A DNA stretch of 64,000 nucleotides from Schmidtea polychroa. Its lineage: Eukaryota. Positions 33,297-47,255 of the stretch are shown here, piece by piece. The notes beneath the pieces were generated by a model. That model was not told where the DNA came from and ran no database searches. It worked only from the letters and a program-made list of their open reading frames with translations. Location: the NCBI GenBank assembly GCA_044892525.1, contig CM097885.1, positions 74,524,001 through 74,588,000 of the forward strand, in the 5' to 3' direction. Every line of letters starts with the position of its first letter. Positions within the stretch are counted from its first letter, which is position 1. The translations under genes and the position numbers were made by a program.

Positions 33297-33593
33297 TTAT
33301 AGATCAACAATGGAACTGAAGTGGTATTTGCGTAGTTCCGCATGTAACACCCAAATATGATAAACGCGAAGACGATCCATGCATGCATCGCACTCGTAAG
33401 CGCAAACTCCTGGATGCAAAATAATAGGCAAATCATTGTCGATTGTATTCAAATGCTTTTGTAGGATTTCAACTAGATTGATTCCTGTTGCCATCTTTAT
33501 TCGAAATGGAAGAATCTCCGGCGCGCAACACATCAGATCTGAACATATTTTTGGATATAATTCATCCATTTTCATTAACAAAATCGACATCAA
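33297..33593 (-). CDS. Mirror copy of the orphan 98-aa ORF
   Basis: Identical translation to 31537-31833. Confidence 0.5.
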   Translation of the reverse strand: MMSILLMKMDELYPKICSDLMCCAPEILPFRIKMATGINLVEILQKHLNTIDNDLPIILHPGVCAYECDACMDRLRVYHIWVLHAELRKYHFSSIVDL

Positions 33594-33723
33594 CTTTTCT
33601 AAATATAAATGATAAAATTGAAAATAATTAATTATAAAATACCATTTTCAGTAAGATTATTCATGGTGAAAAAAAATGAATTATCGTATTTGATAACCAT
33701 ATTAAGTATCTTTTCTCAACCAA

Positions 33724-34026
33724 TCAATTTTCAACCAATCTTATGATATCCTTTACTAAATTATCAACGAATGAGATGTAACCTAAATTTCTAAGCCCTA
33801 ACACAACAACTTTTCCACTCGAAAACACATTGACACACAAAGGGTTATATTGTAAAAGTCTCAAAGCTGGAAATAATTCTGGTTCGAACATGCAATTGGT
33901 TTGTTTACTCAATTTGTATAAATTAATACATTTTCCCAGATCTATAGTAACGGTAATTGATTGTAACACTATATTTGTATTTTTATACTGCAAATCATTC
34001 GTAATTATTGTAGCTTTACAACCCAT
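33724..34026 (-). CDS. Mirror copy of the half-TBP-like gene
   Basis: Identical translation to 31104-31406. Confidence 0.8.
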   Translation of the reverse strand: MGCKATIITNDLQYKNTNIVLQSITVTIDLGKCINLYKLSKQTNCMFEPELFPALRLLQYNPLCVNVFSSGKVVVLGLRNLGYISFVDNLVKDIIRLVEN

Positions 34027-34179
34027 TATTCAACATTTTCCAGTTTTGAAAAATATAATAGTATGTTTTCCGCTTTAGGTTTGTTTCCACATTGTTGGTT
34101 TGAACAAACATTTTTTTTATTGATCATAAATGAAGTAAAGAAAGAAATTAGCTTGTCATGGAGTAAGTTTTTAATAACT

Positions 34180-34533
34180 AATGTTATTATTATAATCATT
34201 CTGTTCAGGTTAATCGAATTGGTTATCAAATTCTGTGAAATAAGTTTGTTGGAGTGTACCCATTAGATAAAATTCCCTATTTAAAAAAAACAACCCATTA
34301 TTGTCAACACTGATTCGTCTACTCTTGGTGGAGAACACTGGATTACAGTCTATAAGAAGCCCGATAAAGTATATGTTTTCGAACCTATGGGTTTCTATTA
34401 TATTACTCTCTTGATCAAAAAACTAACCTTATATGGTGGTCCTATTGAATACAACAAAATTCAGTTTCAACATCCATTGATTCAAACATGTGGTCAACAT
34501 TGTCTTGCTTGGCTAATGTATAAACATTACTAA
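34180..34533 (+). pseudogene. Mirror copy of the adenain-like protease, with an extra +1 A frameshift
   Basis: A8 at ~34283-34290 versus A7 in the left arm. Confidence 0.75.
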
Positions 34534-35334
34534 ATAAATGTTTTTTAAAATGACTTGTTTTTTCATTGATATTCTATTTGATACTGTTACTGAATTATGT
34601 ATTATGGATGTGAATAATATTTTAGAGCCTATACATTGTGTTTACATTAATTCGTAATTTCGCGAAGAATATTTGAAAACAATAAAAAATGAAAGTATTT
34701 TCTATGTTATCGATGAAAGAAAGTATCAAAAACTAAAGAAAAGCTTCCCGAATTTACGATTAATATTGTATCAATAAAAACCATTCGGAAAATCCCAGAA
34801 AATATTCACTGTATTTATGGAACTCATCTAAATTGTGCGTATCAACAATGTTTATTGGGGGCTATTGATTATTTATCTGTTTAAATAAATGCTTCTTATT
34901 TTTTACAATCATAAATTATAGCCCTAAGAGGACTGTTACACATTCTCAAATTATAGCCCTAAAGAGGACCGTTACACATTCTCAAAGTTTTTTTTTACAA
35001 TCAATATTTGGGGCCCTAAAGAGGACCGTTTTTTCGTTCTCAAATTGAAAGCACTGTAGTGNNNNNNNNNNNNNNNNNNNNNNNNNNNNNNNNNNNNNNN
35101 NNNNNNNNNNNNNNNNNNNNNNNNNNNNNNNNNNNNNNNNNNNNNNNNNNNNNNNNNNNNNNNNNNNNNNNNNNNNNNNNNNNNNNNNNNNNNNNNNNNN
35201 NNNNNNNNNNNNNNNNNNNTCGGGTTTGAAATAATCTGGAGAAATTTAAACTGATGATACTACTGAAACAAAATTAATAATAATAATATTAATAATTTTT
35301 ACCGATTAGATATAAGTTCTTGTGAACCTGGTTG

Positions 35335-38300
35335 TTAAATAGGAGCCCGCCAATTTACTGCATAATGCCCATATGCATGACTTTTATTTATAGCAACCCA
35401 GACCCTTTTATCATCAGTATTTGTTAATGCAACCTTATTATTTTTTATAGTGAAAAGCTGATGATTTCTAGTGCTTATATTACTTTGAGGAATTGGCGGT
35501 ATTACCATACCATTATAACAAACTACATATGATTGATGATTTATAATACTATCCTCTAAATTTACCCCTTTTTCCTTATTTGTTGTATCATTATCTTCAT
35601 TCAAGAGGCTATAGCACTTGGGTCTTAGAAATATCATTTCTTTATATTTTTTACCTTTATTTTCATCCTTGAATTTCCCTATAACTGAATCCAAGTTTTG
35701 ATTGTACAAAGGGTCTGTCGGATCATAATTGCTTGTATCCAATAAATTATCGGCAATCATGGCTGGAAGTAATTGTGTTCTCAACTTCACATTCTTACAT
35801 TCCAGGAAAAAACTATCCGTGTCCCCGGCTAAAATATCTACACTGCATTTGAATTGTTTTCTATACTTCTCCAGTTCTACATAGTGCAATTCATACATTC
35901 TATGTTTGGATAAGTCAAGTACACTTTGCCCAATGTAACTTGGCCTATCTAAACATACAGTTTCCATATTCAATATTGCTGCTATCAGATCATCTGCTAT
36001 TTTGATCGACCTCCTAAATGTGGGCTGAGGCATAAGTTTCCATTTTTGATTGTTTGTTGCACAGCCTCAGATTCAACCGCTTCTTTAAATTTTCTACTGT
36101 TTTGCCATACAAGCTATTGTTCAATAACTTGTAGTAGTTTTTATCCAGAGCATTTGTTGAATTTGCCCGCAATTGTGTATTCGTATCTATATAGTTCTTA
36201 AAGATACATTTTTGCTCATATTTTATTGCCCGGTGTATCTTCTCCACTTGTACACCCAATGACATGTACATTTTCAGGAGTCGCCAATGTAAAACATAGT
36301 TTGTTTTTGGTAAATGTGTTAGCATTAACTTTTCGACCTTATTCACTTTCATCTTCTCTGCACCGATTGGGAAATCATCGAATTTGTCGTGTAAATCATC
36401 TGGAATTTCCATGTCCACCTCCATGGTATAGCCATAATCCAATGTTTCTAAATCTTGATTCACACATTGTTCCAAAATCGATTCCAAATCCGATTCCTCC
36501 AGTATCCATTTAAAATTTTTACATGGCAATTTTTGACTCAATGCCCAGCCGTATAAGTTGTTGATGTCGATATACAACAACTCAGTGTTTTCTGACGACA
36601 CTGCATAGTGTTTATTCACAAATGTGAGACCATCACGTATACCTCCATCGAAAAAATTGTACATTTCGATGTCGACTAAAAGCTCGATGGGTTCCCTTAG
36701 CGTCATGAGTGCCGATGCCCAACTCATTCCGGGAATACCAAAGAAATTTAGTGGCTCCAATTTATTTTGCGCTATTGATCTTGCTCGAAACTGCTGGAAT
36801 ACGTCGGCCAGTAAATACACGTCCAGCTTCAAATATATTTTCATGTAATCCAGTAAATTTTGACAACCGATTTCTTCCCAAATTTCCAGTGCTTTCTGAT
36901 ATTCTTCTTGTGTTACTTTTTCCCAAATCGGTGGCAATTCTGTTGTGTTTTCCAAAATTTCTAAGCTTTTCGCATGATTATAAGGGAAAATCCCTTTTGT
37001 TTCTACCAATGTTCCACCAAATACTGAACGAGTTAGCGGTAATCCACTCAATGACTTAACCGCTTTTGCCAACGAATCATTGACAAATTGCAAACTTTCA
37101 ATGAAACGCACGGTTAAGTTTTTTATTCTCACCATCAATGATAAAATTTTTTCCGTTGTTGTTGGAATACAATTTAAGGACTAATGTGTAAATTCATTGA
37201 GTCCGTATTTCAAAATATGGTGTAAGTCATATCCTTTTAGATTATGAAATACTACCGGTAATAAATATCTTATTTGTCTTGATAAATTGCAGTCATTGCA
37301 TGCTGCGCCCAAATATTCGTCCGTAAAATGGTCATGATCTCTGACTAAATATTTTCTTTTATTGCACAGATAACACACTCGCACCCTATTATATGCGATC
37401 CGTTCTGCTGCTGACATTGTCATTGTTTTCCTTGCATTTCTATAATAGTATTGCAAAACTACTTGCTGCCCCAGTTGTTCGATTTTTTGCCAAAAACTCC
37501 ACAATACATTCCGGCCCAATAAATTGATGGTATTCACTTACCCCAGTGAAATTATTTATCAACAACAGCCCCACTGCTATTGGTAAATGAATTTGATGAT
37601 GTCTTTCATCATCGGGTAAGATCGCCTCGAAATCAGCGTAAATAACATATGGTGGAGTGACTGTTTCGGACCAATCACTAAATACCAAATCTTTATTTTG
37701 AGGCATCGTGTACATTGTAGTACCGAGAATATTTTTGCTGCAAATTGCTTTGTGTTTTTCAAAAGCCATATCTTTTCTAAAGCCATTCAGATATGTTTCG
37801 CACCATTTGCACTGAATCCGAACTGGGCAATCTTCGCTCTCATGACAATTCATTAACCGCTGCAGATTAGTAACAGCAGTATAGTGAAACTTTTCACCTT
37901 CTTCCAACATTAGCAAATAGATCGGTGCTACGCCCTCTACTTTAGTCCGATGTATTATATCCAAATTCGGATGTTTAAAAACGGTTTCCTCATCATTTTC
38001 ATCGATGTTCAAAACATTTGTGCAAGTGTAACTGAAAACATTGATTGCCAGTCCTGGATTAATTCGCTCGAATTTCCTTATGTTAGATAACTGCATAGGA
38101 AAATCTTCCTCGTCATACATCAATTGATCCATATAATCTGCATAATTCTCAACTCGTTGCCTATTTGTTCGAATTACATCCAAATTTTTAATACAAAGTA
38201 TGCCATAAAGAAAGCATAAATTATCCGTATTTTTAATATTAACTATAGCATGTTTATTAGCTAAAGTCACTGGTGTCTTCAAGTAGCTATGTCCGCTTAG

Positions 38301-39001
38301 CCTACTTATTGGATGATATTTTGTGTCAGTGAAAATTATTTCTAACACTTTGTTCACAGTCCAACTGCTTCCCTCAACAGTTTGAACATTTATTTTTTCG
38401 TATAATTTTTTAATACCTTGCTCAAGGAATGTTTCTGAATATTCTGTTGCTTTATTTGAAATCCACGCAGTTTTTGTGCCTCCATCTTTAATAAATTCCA
38501 CATTAACCCCAAATTGGATTTTTGCGTGACCGACCGAGTTCGTTTAAAGCATTTCTCAATGCAAGTAAAATAGGAACTGGTAATTCAATGGTATTCATGT
38601 TATATCTTTCAATGTTTAATTTTATTACTCTATGCGATCGATTCAAATCATATTCGATCACTGGTAAATTTTCACCATCTTCTCCAAGGCCTTCTCCACC
38701 ATCTTCTGGCCCATCTTCAGCACCATCTTTAGCTCCATCTTCTCCACGATCTTCCTCACGATCTTCTCCACGATCTTCCTCGCGATCTTCTCTACGGTCT
38801 TCTCCGCCATCTTCAGCTCCATCTTCTGGCCTATCTTCTCTACGGTCTTCCTCGTGATCTTCAGCTCCATCTTCTTCTTCTTGTACATTTTCATCGTCAT
38901 CAGAAATTATTATAACCTCAGTAATTACTATAGGTTCTGGTGCAATAATTTCAGTTTCCTCAGAATTTGTTATAATTTTTTTATCGGTTTTAACTATTTC
39001 A
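35335..39001 (-). pseudogene. polB: Mirror copy of protein-primed PolB (same lesions)
   Basis: ORFs 35335-36033, 36014-37138, 37181-37537 and 37440-38501 are identical to the left arm. Confidence 0.92.
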
Positions 39002-39475
39002 TTAAATGTTTTTATTAATGTTGAAAAATTTCTTTTTTATTACTTTTAAAATAGGATAAATGATTTTTATGTTGATTATAAAAATCAATATATTCGTTTA
39101 CGTTTAGAGTCATGCATATTGGACATATGTAATATTTTTTATTATAGTAAGTTTTACTATAATAATTATCCATAGTATCGTGACAACCAGGCCCATGATC
39201 TGTCCTTTGACAACAATCAGGGTATAATTTACCTGTGTAAAATATAAGGTTTAAAAATATTTTTCATCCTTATTTATAACAATATCTTTAATGACAACTA
39301 ATAAATTATATTTTTTAAATTATGAAATAAAATTATTTAAGTTGATAACTATTATGAAATTTATTTTCAAAAATAATAAAATGTAAATTTTTCCAAATAA
39401 AATAATTTAAAAAAAAATCGATAATTATTTTGAATTATTTATTTTATAAAAAGTAATAAAATATAAATTACTTGA

Positions 39476-39552
<77 letters not shown>

Positions 39553-42383
39553 CAGAATCACATATTTCAATTGGAAAAATTTACATTTTAATAATATTTT
39601 TGAAAATAAATTTCATAATAGTTATCAACTTAAATAATTTTATTTTATAAAACATAATAAAATATAAATTACTTGAAAATATATATATCTTAATTATTAA
39701 ATAAATTGTTCTAATCACATATTTCAATTGGAAAACAGTTATTATTTTATAAAAACATAATAAATTTTAAATATAAATTACTTTAAAATATATATATATA
39801 TATCATAATTATTAAATAAATTATTCGAATCACATATTTCAATTGGAAAACAGTTATTATTTTATAAAAACATAATAAAAACTAAAATATAAATTACTTG
39901 AAAATATATATATCATAATTATTAAATAAAATATTCTAATCATATATTTCAATTGGAAAACAGTTATTATTTTATAAAAACGTAATAAAAACTAAAATAT
40001 AAATTACTTGAAAATATATATATCATAATTATTAAATTGTTCTAATCACATATTTCAATTGGAAAACAGTTATTATTTTATAAAAACATAATAAAATCTA
40101 AAATATAAATTACATATAAAATACATTCCAAACATTATTAAAATTAATTTTGTCTTGTCTTGAGATTTTCGTTTTTCAACAATTTCATTAATGACATTCC
40201 AGGATTCATTTTCTGATACCCATGGCGAAATTTCATTTNNNNNNNNNNNNNNNNNNNNNNNNNNNNNNNNNNNNNNNNNNNNNNNNNNNNNNNNNNNNNN
40301 NNNNNNNNNNNNNNNNNNNNNNNNNNNNNNNNNNNNNNNNNNNNNNNNNNNNNNNNNNNNNNNNNNNNNNNNNNNNNNNNNNAAAGTATCTTTCATAGTT
40401 CTCTTCCGATCTTTGTAAAATAATTTTCATGTATAAGAAAGCTACGATGACCCGTGGCCACTTCATATTTTCAAATAAGGAATAAAATATGCTTTTAAAT
40501 GCATTTTCCTTTCATTTATGGTTTTCCTTGTGAGGATCCACGAAAAATCGACAGATTCCTTCTGTAAATTTTCATGGCTTCATCCACGAGAATTTGAATA
40601 TTTGTGATTAATTCACTTCCTTTTTCATGAAAAATTTTGAAAAAGTATGAGTCATAAAAATTTTTGCTAGGGGGGTACATGTCTTTGTTTTGACTTAGAA
40701 CAATTTTGAAAAAGTATGAGTCATAAAAATTTTTGCTAGGGGGGTACATGTCTTTGTTTTGACTTAAATTCCTTTTTCTTGATTTTTTATAGTGATAAAC
40801 AATTTATGAAGCATTCAGAATTTTGATTTAGCATCAAAGATTAATAATATCCAAAATATATTTTTAAAACGTTTTAATTAAAAAAAAAGGCGAAAGATGT
40901 ATGGATAAATACTATTTAATTGTTGATAATTATTTATAATTGATAAAAATACGACCTGTGATAAACTGGAAAGAATAAAAAGTTAATTTTAATTTGGACA
41001 AATATTGTATAAATTTTAAAACCTACCTAAAATATTGAGTTTGTTTTAATTGATCCAATTTTGTAATTCTGAATAATCAAATAAAACGTTTGATTAATTT
41101 AAAATAAATTTTTAATTTCTTTAAATATCGAAAGTATTTCTAAATAAATTTTTGAAAACGCGACAAATTTTGCTTTTCCTCGTGGATATTAAAATGTTCA
41201 ATCTAAGGACTTTTTAAAAATAAAAGTAACTTTCAATTAAACCTGAATCATTAACATGTATATAATTCATTAAAACAACTTGTAAACTTTTCTCCATAAA
41301 TTTTTGGCACTGGGCCGGCAAATAAATTGCATTAGTTACAAAAAATTTCTGAATACAGATTAGTAAACTTTTAAAAATTTCCAGAAATTTAGCAGGGTGT
41401 TCCATTAACATAATCTTGGCATCGTTTATTACTGGAAATCAAAGCACATAATTCTCTTCCAAAAAGTTATTAGTATGCTAAACATGTAAAAAAATTTTAT
41501 ATGAAAATAATAATAAATAACTAATATTTAATTATATTCAGTTTAAACCTTTTATTTTATGCTTAGAAAAAGTTCACATAAACCAACACATAATTCTTGA
41601 AATTCTTCAAAATTCAAAAGTTGATCCTGATTAGTAAATATAAAAATTAAATTTTCTTTTCTCAATTTAATTCTACTTTCTATAGTTTTTTCAAAAATTT
41701 TTATCACCGTCTTTTGAATATCCCGTTGTTTCGTTGGGGGTTTGTGTGGTGGCAGTGCGGCTGTTTGTATTGAATCAAAATATAATAAATTACTTTATAT
41801 AATAAAATCTCTTACCTATTAGAGGAAAAGCAGCCAATCAGAAGACAATTTGGGGAAACTCACTGATGTTTTCGCCGTCAATTTTCTTTCGTCCTAAAAG
41901 AAAATATTAAATTATAAAAATGGAAAACTAAATCGAATTATCTAGTTATCTTAGATAGTCGATTTTATAATCAAATATACTTTTGTATACTTTTGTCAAT
42001 GGAAATTTCAATTCTTAAACTGGAAAATTAAATTAGTTTTCCATAAAAAGGGAAAATAGATTTTNNNNNNNNNNNNNNNNNNNNNNNNNNNNNNNNNNNN
42101 NNNNNNNNNNNNNNNNNNNNNNNNNNNNNNNNNNNNNNNNNNNNNNNNNNNNNNNNNNNNNNNNNNNNNNNNNNNNNNNNNNNNNNNNNNNNNNNNNNNN
42201 NNNNNAATTAGTTTTCCATAAAAAGGGAAAATAGNNNNNNNNNNNNNNNNNNNNNNNNNNNNNNNNNNNNNNNNNNNNNNNNNNNNNNNNNNNNNNNNNN
42301 NNNNNNNNNNNNNNNNNNNNNNNNNNNNNNNNNNNNNNNNNNNNNNNNNNNNNNNNNNNNNNNNTATTTTGTCGTTATTATTA

Positions 42384-42421
<38 letters not shown>

Positions 42422-42521
42422 GTTATTATGATTATTGTTATTATTGTTATTATTGTATGGTAAATTGGACTTATTATATACATGCAGATTCGAGGTCGAA
42501 TCTAAATTAAAGGGGGAGATA

Positions 42522-43335
42522 TGTTGGGGTTCAACAAGAGAGGCACAAAAATGATGTGAAAATTGACAAAAACACCAAATTCAAAATAAAAATTTAAAGT
42601 ACAAAATATTAATTAAAAATCAAAATTTTAAAAAATGAATATTTTCTGGGGGAAACTGGTATGGGCGGATGCTAAATAATGAGACGAGTTCAGCTATAAT
42701 AAAATAAAATCAATGGGGGTCCCTAAAAGGAATAAATTACAAAAAACAAAAAATTAATTAAAAATTAATTAACTAATGGAGAACCCGAGCTAATGGGAAA
42801 CCCGAGCGAATTGAGAAATCCAATTTTGGGAAGGCAATTAATTTAGCCGGATAAAAAGTAATAAGCGCCGTCAAAGAAAATGAGCCAATTCCCTTAAATT
42901 GAATTAGACCTCCAAGAGGAAGCCCGGTGGGAAATAAGACCAAAAATAATTGGCAAAAATAAAGTCAATTAGCAAGTGGGTATAAAAGCAACTGGCAAGA
43001 AAACAAAGCGCCAGTGGTCGAAGAAAAGAAAATAGAATTTTGACGAGAGCGAAAAAGGAAATGTTAAAGTTAGTAGAAAATAAACCATTTAAAAATCGAA
43101 CGTACCAGAAAGGGACTTCTCCCGTTGGAAGATCTACCCCTGCGTGAGATTTGTTGGCAAATTGAAAAGTGCAGACAAAACCTGATTGTATCAAGTGTGA
43201 GTAAACTAATAAAAATTGTAAAAGTGTAACTGCATCAGTGTTAATAAAGATTTTGTGTTGGGTTATTTATTTATTTTGGAAAAGAACACAAAGGAGTCAG
43301 ACCGTAGTACCGACTTACATTAAAGAAACCCAACA
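42522..43335 (+). repeat. 3' LTR of the second LTR family (right-arm copy)
   Basis: AAAGGGGGAGATA|TGTTGGGGTT...AACCCAACA. Confidence 0.7.
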
Positions 43336-44920
43336 ATATAATTTTTAATATTAATAAAATTTTCAATAATTATTTATATTAAATAAATGAAGAAATTTTT
43401 GTAAATTATTTTTTTTAGAAGCAAGAATGCGACAAAAACCTCACCAGCGGCCGGCACCATGTGCGGTTCGCTTTTGGTTCCTAGGTTTATTTATCACCTA
43501 TAATTATGAGATGAATAACGAAAGGGTAATAACTATTTTATGAAATATTTATAATTATAATTTATGGTCTAGATTCACTGCAGAGACCCACACCTTCAGG
43601 AATGGCAGCTATCCGTGCTCGAGAGACTTTAAAGCTTATAAGAAACTTTGAACATCTGATTTAGTTTGTATTGTTAAATAAATTTAGATTGTCGGGTTTT
43701 AATTTGTATTTAAATTTTCATTTACCATTTAATGCAATTTTATTTTCTGGGGCACTTATTCCAATCTATTCAGATCACTTATTATTACCAGAGCCTGAAA
43801 CCTATTTAATCATGCCATGCGAATCCTTTCATTTGATGAATTATAGATCCAAAAGGTTTGATTTCCTGGATTATATTTAATACTCAGGTAATGATTTGTT
43901 CTCTCCCGCTTTACACATTAGGGTGGAGTGAAAAAAATACTTGTTCACAATCAATTCAGCATAGTGTAGAAAAGACGTACCAATACCAGTTACAAACATG
44001 TGCAAAATATAATAAATCATAAAAATATTTTTAGGCTCCCCAATGTAATCTAAATAAGGTATGTCGAGTTGATTTTTAGAGCACGCGATTGACGACAAGG
44101 GGCATAACTGTATAGTGTTTACTATACAGTGTATAGCGTATACCAACCAGGGCTTCCAGTGCATACATTACGTTTAACTTGATTTTGAACAATCCTAATT
44201 TTTCAGTTACTTGTCGATTTACATATTCTATGACGTCATTTACCTGAAGCGGAAGTTGTGCAACAGTGTTGTTTTTAGGCTATGTAATGTATTTTTTTTT
44301 CATTTGCCAGACAGAGTAGTGTATCCGCTCACTGCATCCGTGTGGACTGTGTTGGAGCAACCGCTGTGTTCACTACACTTAGAACATTATTTTATGAGAT
44401 ATTATAATAATGTTGTTGGTTAAAATAGCACATGACAGTAATTATGAAATAAGACTGAATACTATTCACTGAATATAATCTCTCATATGTAGTTTACATG
44501 GTATTTAGATTGTAGATTTGTAAATAAACTGACTGTTTCGACCAGTCAGAGGGGGATTGCCTCTGACAGGCAGTTTGTTTGGCTTTTTTGTATCGCGTCT
44601 GTGTGCGCGGTATGATTAGATTGAATTTTGTTGGTGTGCGCACACAGACGCGAGAAGTAGGTTGTTTTTTTATATTGTAGTGTGAATTTAATTTTGATTT
44701 AGAATAGAGTAGGTTTGTTTAGCTGAATCAGTTTTCGAATTGTGTTCTTCTGGAATTGTAAAATTTTTGAAATCGATTGGAATTAATTAGAAAACGTTCA
44801 AATAAAGCTTGTGATATCAATTGCAATAAAACTGTTCTGATGTGTCTTAAATTTAAACATTGACTATTACATTTATCAAGCCTTATTATTGATAAAATAA
44901 TTGTAGAGTAATAGTTCAGA

Positions 44921-46253
44921 TTGAGTAATTTCAGATATGGCTCAAAGCACGAGACCGATGATGATGGAGACGACCAAAGTGACAATACCCTGCCTCCCGC
45001 GCCAAAAACACCAAAGACACAGATGACGACACAGATGAGAGTGAACATGGATTGTCCGATCGCGCAGCAGCCTCAATCACAACCGCAGTACTGCAAACTT
45101 CAGCAAGTTGAGTCTGATGCAAGCCTCGCTGGGTTATATTTCGATGGTCGCAAAGACAATACTTTAGTTAACGTTAAAGCTGAGACCGGAAAATATCATC
45201 GTAAAGAAATAACCGAGGAACATATCGTTATGGTCCGAGAGCCTGGATCGACGTACTATTGCCATGTAACGCCAGAAGGTAGCACCAGCAAGAGCATCAT
45301 TAAAGCAATGACAACCGCACTAGTTTGCAACACGGACCTCAAGGAGCTCACCGTCGTCGGTTGTGATGGCACAGCCGTGAATACCGGCCGAACAGGTGGC
45401 GTGATACGTCTGCTTGAACTCAAACTGAAACGCCCCTTGCAATGGCTGGTGTGCTTACTCCATGCCAACGAGTTGCCACTTCGACATCTGTTTCAGTCTC
45501 TTGATGGCGCAACGACGGAACCGCATGGATTCGCAGGAACACTTGGCAAGGCGTTAAACAAGTGCGAAGAGTTGCCTGTCGTCGAATACCGACCGGTCGA
45601 GACTGACCTACCACACGTTGATCCTCGCAACTTGAGTACGGATCAGCGATATCTGTACGAAATCGCTCAAGCGGTTTCGATTGGTGAGTGTTCGAGAGAT
45701 CTGTCACTTAGAAATCCAGGCGCTCTCAATCACTCACGATGGCTGACCACGGCAAATCGCCTGCTGCGATTGTAAGTTGGATACGAAAATCCGTCTGACA
45801 CTTTGGACACCATTGTTACATTCATCGTTCGCATGTATGTTGTGACATGGTTCCACATCAAGCAAAATCCATCGTGCAAGGATGGAGCGAGATACGTGTT
45901 CTTGATGATCCAGAACTCGCGGTACCTGACGGACGAACTGAAGGCCATCGTGGACCCCGTCATCCAGCGCAACAGCTACGTCGCTCACCCAGAAAATCTG
46001 TTGCTGTCCATGATGACCGACGAACGACCAAGCATTCGTGAACTAGCCCTCGTAGAATTCTGAAGGCACGAGACCAGCCGAAGAGGAAGGGCGTTCGGCA
46101 GTTCACAGTGCCGTCGATTAACTTTGACTGCACAGACTACACCGAAATGATTGACTGGTCGACTGTGAGTGTGACCGAGCCACCAGTCACAATGAGTATC
46201 AGTGACAATGACCTCCGACAGTTCATACGTGAACCAACTACGCCCGTGGTCAA
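44921..46253 (+). pseudogene. GC-rich DDE transposase of the hAT-related (C-x2-H, RW) group, truncated
   Basis: LYFDGRKD, GCDGTAVNTG, WLVCLLHANELPLRHL, HSRWLT, HPENLL, EPP. In-frame TAA at 45773-75, frameshift at ~46050; ends abruptly at ~46253. Confidence 0.7.
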
Positions 46254-47255
46254 ATAACTGGAAAAAAGGCATAGAAAAAATCGTTAAACATGAAACTTCC
46301 AATCAACATCAAAGTGCAATATGTCAATATTTGCTGGCTAAATATCGCATTTCAAATGATAAAACTGTGATATCTGGTTTGATCAGTCAGGAGCGTTATC
46401 AAGTAAAAAAATAGAGACGTTTTGAAACGAATATTAGATGCAACGTTGTTTTTAGCAAAACAAGGTTTGCCATTTAGAGGACACAGAGAACATTCTGGCT
46501 CTGACAGGTGTAGTAATACTGGAAATTTTCGTGAATTGCTATTTTTATTGGCTAAATATGATTCCACTTTGGACAATCATCTAAAGTTTGAAAAGAAAAA
46601 TGAACTTTATTTATGTCATGATGTACAAAATGACCTAATTCAATCAATTGCCTCAGAATTATCCACAAATATTGATAATGAAGTTAGGTCTGCACAATTC
46701 TTTTCTCTAATTGTTGATTCAACAATTGATATATCCAGAGTTGATCAGATGTCAGTTTCTTTAAGATTAGTGTTAAAATCAGGACAAGTTGTTGAACGAT
46801 TTATAGGCTTCTACACGTTGGAAAACAGTAATGCTGCAGCATTTTCTTATATATTATTAACGGAGTTACAAAAGCGAAACATTGACATTACACCTTGTAG
46901 AGGACAGGCATATGATGGTGCCTCTGATGTCTGGGATTAAAAATGGTCTTCAAACTAAGATAAAGACACTTTCACCAAATGCCATCTTTGTTCATGCATT
47001 GAATTTGGTGACTATTGAAGCAATGTCTCTTAACAGTGATGTTCAGTTGTTTTTTGGTACAACAGAAAAGTTGTATACTTTCCTTACATCAAGTCTACCA
47101 CGACTACATATTCTCGAAGAACATCCGAAGTCTCGATATGAATCGACCGTAGATACTCTAAAACGATTTTCTGATACAAGATGGGCAAGCCGAAAGCATG
47201 CAGTTGATGCAGTTGTTGGATCATTCTCCGCTATTATATCTACTCTAGAAGATAT

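Larger units (their letters stand above)
33068..43896 (-). repeat. Right inner arm of the giant inverted duplication
   Basis: Reverse complement of 21230-32062. Confidence 0.95.

Noticed and set aside
35245-35310. Hammerhead ribozyme core (CTGATGA...GAAA at ~35251-35268; mirror ~29835)
   Set aside because: No stem II pairing, and no stem I complement after a plausible cleavage triplet.
21230-43896. The 10.8 kb arms as Polinton terminal inverted repeats
   Set aside because: The arms contain unrelated LTR and microsatellite DNA and the whole PolB gene, there are no AG-type termini or 6-bp TSD, and the symmetry extends to the retroelement beyond.
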